Assembly: GCA_963761335.1 (NCBI GenBank)
Contig: CAVXGR010000008.1
Coordinates: 1-64,000 of the forward strand
DNA: 64,000 bases
Origin: an uncultured delta proteobacterium
GTDB taxonomy: Bacteria > Desulfobacterota > Binatia > HRBIN30 > BPIQ01
Reading direction: 5' to 3'
Shown here piece after piece: positions 30,278 through 39,496 of the stretch. Numbering within the stretch: position 1 is the stretch's first letter; each line of letters begins with the position of its first letter. A program made the translations under genes and the position numbers. The notes beneath the pieces are model-generated. The model had not been told where the DNA came from, made no database searches, and saw only the letters and a list, made by a program, of their open reading frames with translations.

Positions 30278-31243
30278 TCAGCGCGACAGCGCTTCGACGT
30301 GCCGCTCGACCAGCTCGATGACGCGGCGCTCGAGGACGACACCGTCGAGAGCGTCGATCTCCTGGACGCCGGTGGGGCTGGTGACGTTCACCTCGGTGAG
30401 CCAGTTGCCGATGATGTCGAGGCCGACGAAGTAGAGGCCGTCGCGGCGCAGCGCCGGAGCCAGCTGGCGGCAGATGTCGCGGTCGCGCTCGGTGACCTCG
30501 GACTTCACCACCGTGCCGCCGACGTGGATGTTGCCGCGCGACTCATCCTCGCGCGGCACGCGCAGGCAGGCGCCGAGCGGCTCGCCGTCGAGGACGATCA
30601 GGCGCTTGTCGCCCTTGCGAATCTCCGGGAGATAGCGCTGCGCCATGATCAGCCGCGTGCCGTTGGCGGTGGACATCTCGAGGATGGCGTTGAGGTTGCG
30701 ATCGCTCTTCTGCAGGTGGAAGACGCCGGCGCCGCCGCAGCCGTCGAGCGGCTTGACGATCATCTCGCCGCCCTGCTCGTCCATGAAGCGCTTCAGCTGC
30801 TCCATCCGGGCGGTGACCATGGTCGGCGGGATGGCGTCGGGGAAGGCGAGGGCATAGAGCTTCTCGTTTGCCTCGCGCAGGCCGCGCGGATCGTTGATGA
30901 CGAAGGTGCGCTGCGGGTCGACGCGCGTCAGGATCTGGGTGGCGAAGTAGTAGTCGAGATCGAACGGCGGGTCCTTGCGCATGAAGACGGCGTCGCACCA
31001 GGTGAGCGGCTCGATGTGCTCCTCGTAGAGCCGGTAGTGACGCTCGGCGCGCTGCACCTCGATGCGGCGCATGCGGGCGTGGGCGGCGTTGGCGGAGATG
31101 AACAGGTCCTCGGCGTGCAGATAGTAGATCTGGTGGCCGCGCGCCTGCGCCTCGAGCATGAAGGCGAAGGTGGTGTCCTTGTCGACGAGGATCTGCCCGA
31201 TGGGATCCATGATGAACGCGTAGCGGTGCGGCACGCCGGGCAT
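30278..31243 (-). CDS. gshB: Glutathione synthetase
   Basis: FIMDPI...KDTTFA, MRKDPPFD, NEKL, VGLDIIG, EVNVTSPTG. Confidence 0.95.
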   Translation of the reverse strand: MPGVPHRYAFIMDPIGQILVDKDTTFAFMLEAQARGHQIYYLHAEDLFISANAAHARMRRIEVQRAERHYRLYEEHIEPLTWCDAVFMRKDPPFDLDYYFATQILTRVDPQRTFVINDPRGLREANEKLYALAFPDAIPPTMVTARMEQLKRFMDEQGGEMIVKPLDGCGGAGVFHLQKSDRNLNAILEMSTANGTRLIMAQRYLPEIRKGDKRLIVLDGEPLGACLRVPREDESRGNIHVGGTVVKSEVTERDRDICRQLAPALRRDGLYFVGLDIIGNWLTEVNVTSPTGVQEIDALDGVVLERRVIELVERHVEALSR

Positions 31244-31298
31244 GCTAGGCCGCGGCCCCAGCTCAGGCAAGCCGACTCCGAGCGCCGCGCTCGCAAGC

Positions 31299-31437
31299 TC
31301 CCCTCTCCCCGCATTTCCGCGGGGAGAGGATTGAGGAGAGGGGTCCCTTTCTCACTGCAAGCTCGTGGATATTCGCGGCGTCTAAAGAAATCGGCACCCT
31401 CACCCTGCCCTCTCCCGCAGGCAATGCGGGAGAGGGA
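31299..31437. repeat. Pair of CCCTCTCCC...GGGAGAGG palindromes
   Basis: Same family as 12629. Confidence 0.7.
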
Positions 31438-31537
31438 ACCCATGCCCGCAACGACTGGAATGACTACCCAATGGCACCTGTCAACGTCTGACACCGGGGA
31501 AATCAGGACACTACGTGCGCGCCGCGCCCGCGGCGTC

Positions 31538-32269
31538 TCAGCCGCCGAGGTCTCCCCAGAGGTGCTGCAGAAGCGCGACGGCGGTGATGCCGGCGGTCTC
31601 GCCGCGCAGGATGCGCGGCCCGAGCCTGGCCAGCAGGCAACCGGCGCGGCGGGCACTGTCGACCTCGGCCTCGGCAAAGCCGCCTTCGGGGCCGACGATG
31701 ACCGTGGCGGCCGGCGGCGCGGCGGCGGGGAGAACGCGGCGCCAGGGCGCCGCTTCGGGATGCAGCAGCACCGCGGCCTCCGCCGCGGCACTCTGGAGAA
31801 CGAGGGCCAGGTCCAGCGGCCCGCGGATCTCGGGAACGCGGGTGCGGCCGCTCTGCTTGGCGGCGCTGGCGGCGATGCGCCTCCAGCGCTCGAGGCGCTC
31901 CGCGGGCGGGCGCGCCACCGTGCGCGCGCAGGTGAAGAGCGCAATCGCGGTGACGCCGAGCTCGGTGCTCTTCTCGACCACCATGTCGGTGTGCGCGCCC
32001 TTGAGCACGGCCTGAGCGAGCGTCAGCCGCAGCGGCGACTCGCGTTCGGGGTGACGCGTCTCGCGCACCTCGATCTCCGCCTCCTCCTCGCCGACGCGGG
32101 CGACGACGCCGCGGTACTCTGCGCCGCTGGCGTCGAAGACGGCGATCGGATCGCCGGGCCGCAGGCGGAGCACGCGCAGGTGGTGCAGCTCGCTGCCGCG
32201 CAGGCGCAACAGCACACCGTGGAGCTCGGCCGCCTCGATGAGGAAGCGGGGAATCGGCGCCGGGCTCAT
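31538..32269 (-). CDS. rsmE: 16S rRNA m3U1498 methyltransferase
   Basis: HHLRVLRL, EKSTELGV, AAKQSGR, VGPEGGF, LGPRILRGETA. Confidence 0.95.
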   Translation of the reverse strand: MSPAPIPRFLIEAAELHGVLLRLRGSELHHLRVLRLRPGDPIAVFDASGAEYRGVVARVGEEEAEIEVRETRHPERESPLRLTLAQAVLKGAHTDMVVEKSTELGVTAIALFTCARTVARPPAERLERWRRIAASAAKQSGRTRVPEIRGPLDLALVLQSAAAEAAVLLHPEAAPWRRVLPAAAPPAATVIVGPEGGFAEAEVDSARRAGCLLARLGPRILRGETAGITAVALLQHLWGDLGG

Positions 32270-33111
32270 GAGCGGCGGCGCATCCCCACGGTGACCCACT
32301 CGCCGTCGATGTGGCGCTCGCTCTCCAGCCAGTCGCGGGCGTAGCCGGAAAAGAACTCGGGCAGGTCGCGATCGAGCAGCCCCGAGGCGATGAGCAGGCC
32401 GCCGGGCTCGGTCAGCGCCGCCAGTCGTGGCTCGAGCGGCAGCAGCAGGTGGCACTGCAGGTTGGCGAGCAGCAGCGGAAACGACTCGCTGCGCACATCG
32501 TCGAGGGAGGCGACGATGCACAGGGTGGCGGCGACGCCATTGCGCGCCGCGTTCTCGGCGGCGGCGGCGCGCGCCAGCGGATCGATGTCGACGGCGACGA
32601 TGCGAGAAACGCCGAGGCGCGCCAGGGCGATGGCGAGGATCCCGGAGCCGGTGCCGAGGTCGAGGGCGCGCTCGCAGGGGCGCGGCCGCAGGCGCTCGAG
32701 CATCTCCAGGCAGCCGCGGGTGGTGGCGTGGTGTCCGGTGCCGAAGGCCATCCCGGGATCGATCTCGATGGCGATGCGGCCGGCGGGGACGTCGTGGACC
32801 CACGGCGGATGCACGTAGAGCCGCTCGCCGATCTCGAGCGGCGGAAAGTGCTGCTTCCAGTTCTCGGCCCAGTCCTCCCGCGCCACCCAGCGGGTGCGCA
32901 CGCCGCAGTCGCCGGAGAGGCCGGCCGCCTCGAGATAGCGGCGCAGCGCCGGCAGCGGCTCCTCGTCGTCGAAGTAGGCGAGCAGTCGCGAGCGCCCGCC
33001 GTTCTCCTCGGTGCACAGCCCCGGAGAGCCGAGCTCGAGGAGAATGTTGGCCACCGCCTCCGCGGCGGCGTCGGGAAGCTCGACGCAGACCTCGAGCCAG
33101 GCGTCTCGCAT
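32266..33111 (-). CDS. prmA: Ribosomal protein L11 methyltransferase
   Basis: DWAENWK, IDPGMAFGTGHHATT, LDLGTGSGILAI. Confidence 0.95.
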   Translation of the reverse strand: MRDAWLEVCVELPDAAAEAVANILLELGSPGLCTEENGGRSRLLAYFDDEEPLPALRRYLEAAGLSGDCGVRTRWVAREDWAENWKQHFPPLEIGERLYVHPPWVHDVPAGRIAIEIDPGMAFGTGHHATTRGCLEMLERLRPRPCERALDLGTGSGILAIALARLGVSRIVAVDIDPLARAAAAENAARNGVAATLCIVASLDDVRSESFPLLLANLQCHLLLPLEPRLAALTEPGGLLIASGLLDRDLPEFFSGYARDWLESERHIDGEWVTVGMRRRS

Positions 33112-33123
33112 CAGTCACCAATG

Positions 33124-33190
33124 CTACGCGAGGGGCGGAGATGGCAAGCCGCGGCAAGGCCGCCGCTTGCCATCTCCGCCCCTCGCGTAG
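33124..33190. repeat. Long hairpin with 26-bp perfect stem
   Basis: CTACGCGAGGGGCGGAGATGGCAAGC...GCTTGCCATCTCCGCCCCTCGCGTAG. Confidence 0.8.
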
Positions 33191-33489
33191 GGTGGCTCGG
33201 TTTCTGGGCTTCACGGTGGCTCGGTTGTCGGGTTTTGATCTTTTGCGGCCGGCCATTCCGGGGGTTGGAGAGGCTGTCTCGAAACCAAAGTAGAAGCGCC
33301 GTCCCGGCGCTTTCCGAAGCGGCGGGACGCCGCTTCTACTCGGCCCGCGAGCCGGCGGCAGCCGTCTTGAAGGTGATCGACGGCAGATGAATCGAGAGGG
33401 CCACGCGCATGGCAGCTCGAGAACCCGCCAACCCGATAACCGAGTAACCGAGTAACTGAGGAACTGAGAAACCGAGCCACCGAGCCACT
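33191..33489. repeat. Inverted 8-bp-unit arrays (GTGGCTCG / AACCGAGN) enclosing a GTAG-REP/MITE copy
   Basis: Arrays at about 33191-33234 and 33422-33489; GAGGCTGTCTC...GTAGAAGCG...CGCTTCTAC from 33270. Confidence 0.75.
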
Positions 33490-33500
33490 TCTCCGCGCTG

Positions 33501-34301
33501 TTGACCCCTGCTCCCCCGTTCTCTATCACAGACCGCGTGTCCATCGGCGACGGCTATCTGAAGATCGCGCACCGCGGCGCCTCGGGGACGGCGCCGGAGC
33601 ATACCCGGCCGGCGTTCATGCGCGCCCTCGAGCTCGGCGCCGACATGATCGAGATGGACATCCAGCTCAGCCGCGATGGCTACCTGGTCGTCTTCCACGA
33701 CGAGACTCTGGAGCGCACCAGCAACGGGCAGGGGGCGGTGCGCGAGCACACCCTCGCCGACCTGAAGGCCCTCGACACCGGCAGCTGGTTCGGCGAGGCA
33801 TTCGCCGGTGAGCCGTTGATGACCCTCGAGGAGGTGGTCGAGCTGGTCGGCCGCAAGGCGATGCTCAATCTGGAGATCAAGAGCCCGCCCGGAGACTGGA
33901 GCAACGTGGCGCTGAAGACCATCGCCGTGCTGACCTACGCCGGCATTCTCGGCACCACGGTCGTCTCCTGCTTCGAGATGCAGGCGCTGCAGAAGGTTCG
34001 CGAGATCTCGCCCTCGGCCCGCATCGGTGTCCTCTGGCACGATCCCGAGTGGGAAGGCGCCTGGCGCTGGGCGCGGGAGCTGGCCGCCTGGTCCTTTCAT
34101 CCGTGGGCCAAGGTGGTGACCGCCGAGGGTGTGCGGCAGGCGCACCAGCACGGGCTCCGGGTGCTGACCTGGACGGTGAACGAGCCGGAGGAGATCGAGC
34201 GCGTGCTGTCGATGGGTGTCGACGGCGTCATGGGAGATTTTCCCGAGCGCTTCCTGCAGGTGCGTGCCCGCCAGGCGAAGGTCGGGGCGAACCCGTCTTG
34301 A
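33501..34301 (+). CDS. Glycerophosphodiester phosphodiesterase
   Basis: IAHRGASG.APEHT, EMDIQLSRDG, HD, NLEIK, WTVNE, GVDGVMGDFP. Confidence 0.92.
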   Translation: MTPAPPFSITDRVSIGDGYLKIAHRGASGTAPEHTRPAFMRALELGADMIEMDIQLSRDGYLVVFHDETLERTSNGQGAVREHTLADLKALDTGSWFGEAFAGEPLMTLEEVVELVGRKAMLNLEIKSPPGDWSNVALKTIAVLTYAGILGTTVVSCFEMQALQKVREISPSARIGVLWHDPEWEGAWRWARELAAWSFHPWAKVVTAEGVRQAHQHGLRVLTWTVNEPEEIERVLSMGVDGVMGDFPERFLQVRARQAKVGANPS

Positions 34302-34416
34302 CGATCCCGGACCGGGGGCATAATAGAACATTCTTGACGACGACGGAGTGCACTTCCAACGCCCGGCGCGCCGCGGGCCCTGTGGGCAGATTCCCGGCCC
34401 GCTGCGGAAGGACGGA

Positions 34417-34911
34417 ATGAACGTCATCGATGCGGCAGTGGTGATCGTCATTCTTCTCGCGGCACTGCGCGGCTACTGGCGCGGCTTCCTGCGCGAGCTG
34501 TTCGGCTTCGCCGCGCTCGTCGCCGCAGTGGTGGCGGCGATGCAGTGGAGCGGGGCGGCTGCCGAGCTGTTGATCGGCCGCGTGCCCGGTCCCGACGCCG
34601 TGCGCCAGGCCGTCGCCTTCACCGGCGTCTTTCTGGCCGCCGACGTGGTCGTCAACCTGGTCGGCCTGATCTTCGATCGCTTGGCGGCGGCGCTGATGCT
34701 CACCGGCGTCAACCGCGCCGCGGGCTCGCTGTTCGGCGCCGCCAAGGGGGCCGCGGTCATGGCCGCGGTGCTGCTGTTCATCTACCTGTTCCCGCCGACG
34801 TCCAAGCTGGACGAGAAGATTCTCACCTCCTCCCTGGGCCGGCCGCTGATGAATGCGGCGGGGGACGTCCTGCGACTCGGCGTCCCGCAGCAGCCGGAGC
34901 AGGGCAGCTGA
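34417..34911 (+). CDS. cvpA: CvpA family membrane protein
   Basis: MNVID...RGYWRGFLRE, NRAAGSLFGAAKG. Confidence 0.88.
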   Translation: MNVIDAAVVIVILLAALRGYWRGFLRELFGFAALVAAVVAAMQWSGAAAELLIGRVPGPDAVRQAVAFTGVFLAADVVVNLVGLIFDRLAAALMLTGVNRAAGSLFGAAKGAAVMAAVLLFIYLFPPTSKLDEKILTSSLGRPLMNAAGDVLRLGVPQQPEQGS

Positions 34912-34918
34912 GGACGGG

Positions 34919-36682
34919 ATGGCCGGCAGGATCCCCGACGATACCATCCAGGAGATTCGCGACCGGGTCAGCATCGTCGAGGTGATCTCGAGCTACGTTT
35001 CGCTCAAGCGCGCCGGCCGCAATCACCTCGGCCTCTGTCCGTTTCACCACGAGAAGACGCCGTCGTTCACGGTCAGCGAGGAACGCGGTCTCTTCCACTG
35101 CTTCGGCTGCGGTGCGGGCGGCACCGTCTTCACCTTCCTGATGCGGCTCGAACGACTCGAGTTTCCCGAGGCGGTGGAGCTGGTGGCGCGCCGCGCTGGC
35201 ATCGCCCTGCCCGAGCGTCAGGCCGACAGCCGCGAGTCGGCGGAGCGGGAGAAGATCGAGAAGATCAATGCCTGGGCGGCAAAGAGATTCGCCGAGGCAC
35301 TGGCGGGACGCCTCGGCGAGCCCGGCCGCGACTATCTGCGCCGGCGGGGAATCAGCGAGGAGACGCTGCGGGCCTTCAACCTGGGATTGGCGCCCGGGGG
35401 AGACACGCTGACGCGCGCCCTCGCCGGACGCGCCGATGCCAGCGCCGCTGCCGAGCGCGCCGGGCTGCTCCTGCGTCGCGACCGCGGCGGGCTCTACGAC
35501 CGTTTTCGCGACCGCCTCATGTTTCCCATCGCCGACGGCCGCGGGCGCGTCGTCGGCTTCGGCGGGCGCATTCTCGGCGACGGCCAGCCGAAGTACCTGA
35601 ACTCTCCGGAGTCACCGATCTTCCGCAAGGGCGAGCTGCTCTACGGCTTGCCGCAGGCGCGCGCCGCCATTCGCGAGCAGGACTGCGCCGTGGTGGTCGA
35701 GGGATACATGGACGCCCTGGCGCTGGTGCAGCACGGCATCGCGCCCGTGGTCGCCACCCTGGGCACGGCGCTCACCGGCGCGCACCTGCGGCAGCTGCGG
35801 CGCCTGGCGAGCCGGATCGTCGTCTTCTTCGACGGCGATCGGGCCGGCCGGGCGGCGGCGACGCGCGCCTTTGCCGTCTGCGCCGAGGCCGAGTGCTGGG
35901 CGAGCGGCGCTTTCCTACCCGACGGCGAGGATCCCGACTCCTTCGTGCGCAGCCGCGGCGCCGAGGAGGTGCGCCAGCTGCTCGCGGATGCGGTCCCCCT
36001 CTCGGATTTCTACTTTCAGGAGATGCGTGCCGGGCTGACGGCGCCGGTCGCCGAGAAGGCGCGGGCGGCCTCGGAGGTGGCGCGCGTCCTCGGGCTGATC
36101 CGCAGTCCCATCGAGCGCGACCTGCTCACCCGCCGCGCCGCGGCGCTTCTCGGAGTCGGCGAGGATGCCTTGCGCGCCGCGGCTGGGCGTCCGGCGGCCG
36201 CGCCGCCGCCGCGACCCGAGCCCGAGCCGGCGGCGCCGCAGCCGCTTCGCCTCGAGCCCGTCGCCGAGGTGGTGCTGCTCGAGGCGATGGCCGCCGACCG
36301 TCCGACGGCCGCCTGGATCACCGCGCAGGGAACCATCGAACGCTTTCGCAACCCGGAGCTGGCGCGCTGCGCCGCGCTTCTGGCCGGCGCCTGGGAGGAT
36401 GGCGAGGAGGCGGTGAGCCGGGCTCTCGAGGGCATGCCGCAGGCGCTCTCCGAGCGGCTCAGCGGCGCGGCCCTGCGCGGCGACGGCACCGCGGACTGGC
36501 ACCGCACCGCCCGCGACTGCGCCGGGCGGATCGAAGAGGAGGCCCGCCGCCGGGTCGCTGAGAACACCCTGGAGAAGCTGCGACAGGCGGCCACTCTCGG
36601 CGACGAGGAGCGCGAGCGCGAGCTTCTGCAGCGCAAGCAGGAGGAGCTGGAGCAGCGGCGGCGGGGGGCCGGGCCGGGGTGA
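34919..36682 (+). CDS. dnaG: DNA primase
   Basis: CPFHHEKTPSF zinc finger, DRFRDRLMFPI, KYLNSPE, EGYMD, FDGD, DPD. Confidence 0.97.
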   Translation: MAGRIPDDTIQEIRDRVSIVEVISSYVSLKRAGRNHLGLCPFHHEKTPSFTVSEERGLFHCFGCGAGGTVFTFLMRLERLEFPEAVELVARRAGIALPERQADSRESAEREKIEKINAWAAKRFAEALAGRLGEPGRDYLRRRGISEETLRAFNLGLAPGGDTLTRALAGRADASAAAERAGLLLRRDRGGLYDRFRDRLMFPIADGRGRVVGFGGRILGDGQPKYLNSPESPIFRKGELLYGLPQARAAIREQDCAVVVEGYMDALALVQHGIAPVVATLGTALTGAHLRQLRRLASRIVVFFDGDRAGRAAATRAFAVCAEAECWASGAFLPDGEDPDSFVRSRGAEEVRQLLADAVPLSDFYFQEMRAGLTAPVAEKARAASEVARVLGLIRSPIERDLLTRRAAALLGVGEDALRAAAGRPAAAPPPRPEPEPAAPQPLRLEPVAEVVLLEAMAADRPTAAWITAQGTIERFRNPELARCAALLAGAWEDGEEAVSRALEGMPQALSERLSGAALRGDGTADWHRTARDCAGRIEEEARRRVAENTLEKLRQAATLGDEERERELLQRKQEELEQRRRGAGPG

Positions 36683-36825
36683 GGAGGGGGCGGAAATTGC
36701 GGCCGGAGCGTTTTCATTGTGTGCGCCCCGGTGGTATCTGGATCGATGCACCAGTGAGAACTCCCACTCCATACGCAACCACAAACGAAGGGCCGGGCTC
36801 GCTGCAGCGGGCAGGCCGAGAGCAC

Positions 36826-36899
36826 GGGCCCATAGCTCAGGAGGTCAGAGCCGCCGGCTCATAACCGGTAGGTCCCAGGTTCGAATCCTGGTGGGCCCA
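36826..36899 (+). tRNA. tRNA with CAT anticodon, most likely tRNA-Ile2; CCA not encoded
   Basis: GGGCCCA/TGGGCCC acceptor stem, CCGG-CTCATAA-CCGG anticodon arm, GGTTCGAATCC T-arm. Confidence 0.9.
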
Positions 36900-36927
36900 T
36901 CTCGGCGACGGCCGCGCGCGAAACGCG

Positions 36928-37689
36928 ATGAAGAATATGGAAGAAGCAGAATCAGACGAGTTGGAAAAAGAGATCGATCGGCTGGCCTTGTTGCAGCAGG
37001 TCGACCAGCGACTGCGCAGCCGGCGCCTCGACGCGGGATCCCTCGATGAGGAGATTCGCGAGCGCGAGCAGCAGCTGTCGACACGGCGCGAGGCAGTGAG
37101 CGCGCTGCAGTCGACGTCTCGCGAGCTGGAGGCGCAGCGGCGCGACCTGGAGCAGCGGCTCGAGGACGAAGAGATCAAGATGAAGGATCGGCGCATGCGT
37201 CTGAATCGCGTGCGCAGCGAGAAGGAGCTGCAGGCGATTCGGCGCGAGATCGAGCTCGGCAAGGAAGCCAACCAGCAGATGGAGACGGAGCTGCTCACCT
37301 GCATGGAGCAGCTGGAGACCACGGGACAGGGGCTGCTGGAGGCGCTCGCCGCGCTGGAGGAGCTGGAGTCGCCGATGACCGAGGAGATCGCCGAGCGGCG
37401 CGGCCGCCTCTCGAATCTGGAGCGCGATTCGGAAGAGGATCACGTTCTGCGCCAGCGGCTGGCGGAGAAGCTCGACGACGGCGTGCGCAGCAAGTACGAG
37501 CAGATCTTCGAGCGGCGCGGCGGCCTGGCGGTCGTCGAGGTGCGCAACGGCACCTGCCTCGGCTGCCACATGAACCTGCCGCCGCAGCTCTTCAACGAGA
37601 TCCAGAAGACGCGCGACGTGCGCCTGTGCCCCAACTGCCACCGCATGCTCTTCTGGCGCCCCGACGGCAACGGCGCCGGCGGTCGTTAG
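36928..37689 (+). CDS. Coiled-coil protein with C4 zinc ribbon (DUF164-like)
   Basis: LQQVD, long coiled coil, CLGCHM...CPNCHRML; true start may be TTG at 36961. Confidence 0.88.
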   Translation: MKNMEEAESDELEKEIDRLALLQQVDQRLRSRRLDAGSLDEEIREREQQLSTRREAVSALQSTSRELEAQRRDLEQRLEDEEIKMKDRRMRLNRVRSEKELQAIRREIELGKEANQQMETELLTCMEQLETTGQGLLEALAALEELESPMTEEIAERRGRLSNLERDSEEDHVLRQRLAEKLDDGVRSKYEQIFERRGGLAVVEVRNGTCLGCHMNLPPQLFNEIQKTRDVRLCPNCHRMLFWRPDGNGAGGR

Positions 37690-37708
37690 CTGGCGCGGGC
37701 AAGGTCTT

Positions 37709-37860
37709 CCCGTTTCCGGTTCTCATTCCCAATTCTCGTCCCGTCGTCTTCCATTGTTCTGAGAGCCCGGGCGAGGTCCGGCCCGCCGGGGATTGCTCCG
37801 CGCCGGTCAGAGCGAATGGAAAACGACGGGATGAGAACCGGGAATGAGAATGAGAACGGG
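37709..37860. repeat. MITE/REPIN-like element, copy 2
   Basis: Arms match 10784-10924. Confidence 0.8.
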
Positions 37861-37916
37861 TTCCTTGGTAGCTGTGCGCCTCGCTCTCGCGATACGTTTC
37901 CGCTAAGATCGGCGCT

Positions 37917-38290
37917 TCGAGCGGGAGGAGGTCAAGCGGTCGCTCGTTTCCCGGGCGCGGCTCGGGAGCGAGAGGAAAGTCCGGACTCCGCAGGGCAGGG
38001 TGGCCGCTAACCGCGGCCCGTCGCGAGGCGGGGAAAGTGCCACAGAAAACAGACGGATCCGGCTGCGGCCGGACACCGGTGAAAAGGTGCTCAGCACCCC
38101 CGGCCGGGTGACCGGTCGGTGCGGCAAACCCCACCCGGAGCAAGACCAACAGGAGGGAAGCGCGGCCCGCGCGACCCCTCGGGTTGTCGCCCCGAGCCGG
38201 CGGGCAACCGTCGGCCCAGAGGAATGACCGCTGCCCCTTTCGACCTGGAAAGGGGAACAGAATCCGGCTTACCGACCTCCTCCCGCTCGA
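37917..38290 (+). ncRNA. rnpB: RNase P RNA (type A-like)
   Basis: GAGGAAAGTCCGGACT, GAAAGTGCCACAGAAAA, GGAGCAAG, AACAGAATCCGGCTTAC; P1 pairs TCGAGCGGGAGGAGGTC with GACCTCCTCCCGCTCGA. Confidence 0.95.
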
Positions 38291-38328
38291 ACTGATTCTG
38301 GAATGCGGGGCCGGCAGGAGACCCCCCT

Positions 38329-38470
38329 GTTCTCATTCCCGGTTCTCGTCCCGTCGTTTTCCATTGTTCTGCGAGCCGCGTGAGTTCGGTCAGCTCCGTG
38401 GGTGACTCGCAGCGGTCAGAGCGAATGGAAAACGACGGGATGAGAACCGGGATGAGAACCGGGGATGACG
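38329..38470. repeat. MITE/REPIN-like element, copy 3
   Basis: Arms match 10784-10924. Confidence 0.8.
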
Positions 38471-38577
38471 GAATAGAGGATGGCCTGCGGCGACGGTGCG
38501 AAGGCCGTCAAGAGGTTTCTTGTCAGGCCGCGTCCTCCCGAAAACCCAGCGTCTGGCCGCGTTTCTCATTATTTCAC

Positions 38578-38664
38578 TTGACAGACCCCGCCATGAAGTT
38601 GCATAAACCTGACCCTGAGTGGGTCAAAGTGGGGGATAGTGGTGGATCAGTGGCGGATCGTGGT
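38578..38664 (+). promoter_or_regulatory. dcw promoter region with MraZ-binding GTGG(G) repeats
   Basis: TTGACA at 38578; GTGG at 38619, 38629, 38639, 38650 and 38660 (10-11 bp period). Confidence 0.8.
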
Positions 38665-38669
38665 AAGGT

Positions 38670-39125
38670 ATGTCTTTTCGGGGCAATTTCGAGCACACCA
38701 TCGACGACAAGGGACGGGTCAGTGTGCCGGCGCGTTTCCGGGATCTCATCGTCGCCACCAATGACGACCGCGTTCTGGTCACCAACTTCGAGCTCAACTC
38801 CGTCCCCCACCTCCACGTCTACCCCTACGCCGCCTGGATGGAGCTCGAGGGCAAGATCAAGAACAAGCCGCAGTTCGATCCCGCTGTCCAACATTTCACC
38901 AACTTCTACCTCGGGCGGGCACAGGATTGCCAGCTCGACAAGCAGGGACGCATTCTGCTGCCCCCCAATCTGCGGGCGTTTGCCAACCTCGAGCGGGCCG
39001 TAATGATCACCGGGGCCGGCGAAAAGTTCAACGTCTGGAATCGCGACGCCTGGGAGCAGGTGTTCTCCGCGTCCAGGACGGCGCTGTTCGCCGATCCCAA
39101 GATGCTCACGGACTTGGGGATCTGA
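38670..39125 (+). CDS. mraZ: Transcriptional regulator MraZ
   Basis: FRGNFEHTIDDKGRVSVPARFR; LDKQGRILLP. Confidence 0.95.
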   Translation: MSFRGNFEHTIDDKGRVSVPARFRDLIVATNDDRVLVTNFELNSVPHLHVYPYAAWMELEGKIKNKPQFDPAVQHFTNFYLGRAQDCQLDKQGRILLPPNLRAFANLERAVMITGAGEKFNVWNRDAWEQVFSASRTALFADPKMLTDLGI

Positions 39126-39127
39126 GC

Positions 39128-39496
39128 ATGGTGACGGGCCGCGAGCTCCGCTCTCCCTCCCGTCTTGCCGCGGGCATCGATACCGGCGCAGCTCTGCCGC
39201 CGGTCAACATCCTGCGGCGCCCGCGGACCGGCGTGCGGCTGACCATCGTGCGCTTCCTGCCTCTCCTCGCCCTGCTCATGATCAGCGCTCTCAGCTGCGT
39301 GTGGCTGCAGCTCGAGGCGACCGACGTCGCCTATCGCATGTCGACCGTGCGCGTCCTCGTCGAGCGCTTGGGCGGCGAGCAGCGCGACCTGCAGCTGGAG
39401 GTCGCGGCGGCGGAGTCGCCGGCGCGTCTCGAGGAGCTCGGGCGCTCTCTCGGGCTGCAACCGCCGAAATGGGGCAGCGAGGTGCCGCTGCCGTGA
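39128..39496 (+). CDS. ftsL: Cell division protein FtsL
   Basis: TM helix, leucine zipper and SPARLEE; GTGA overlap with ftsI. Confidence 0.8.
   Translation: MVTGRELRSPSRLAAGIDTGAALPPVNILRRPRTGVRLTIVRFLPLLALLMISALSCVWLQLEATDVAYRMSTVRVLVERLGGEQRDLQLEVAAAESPARLEELGRSLGLQPPKWGSEVPLP

Noticed and set aside
36826..36899. tRNA as a prophage or island attachment site
   Set aside because: No integrase nearby, and I found no duplicated tRNA 3' end in the window.
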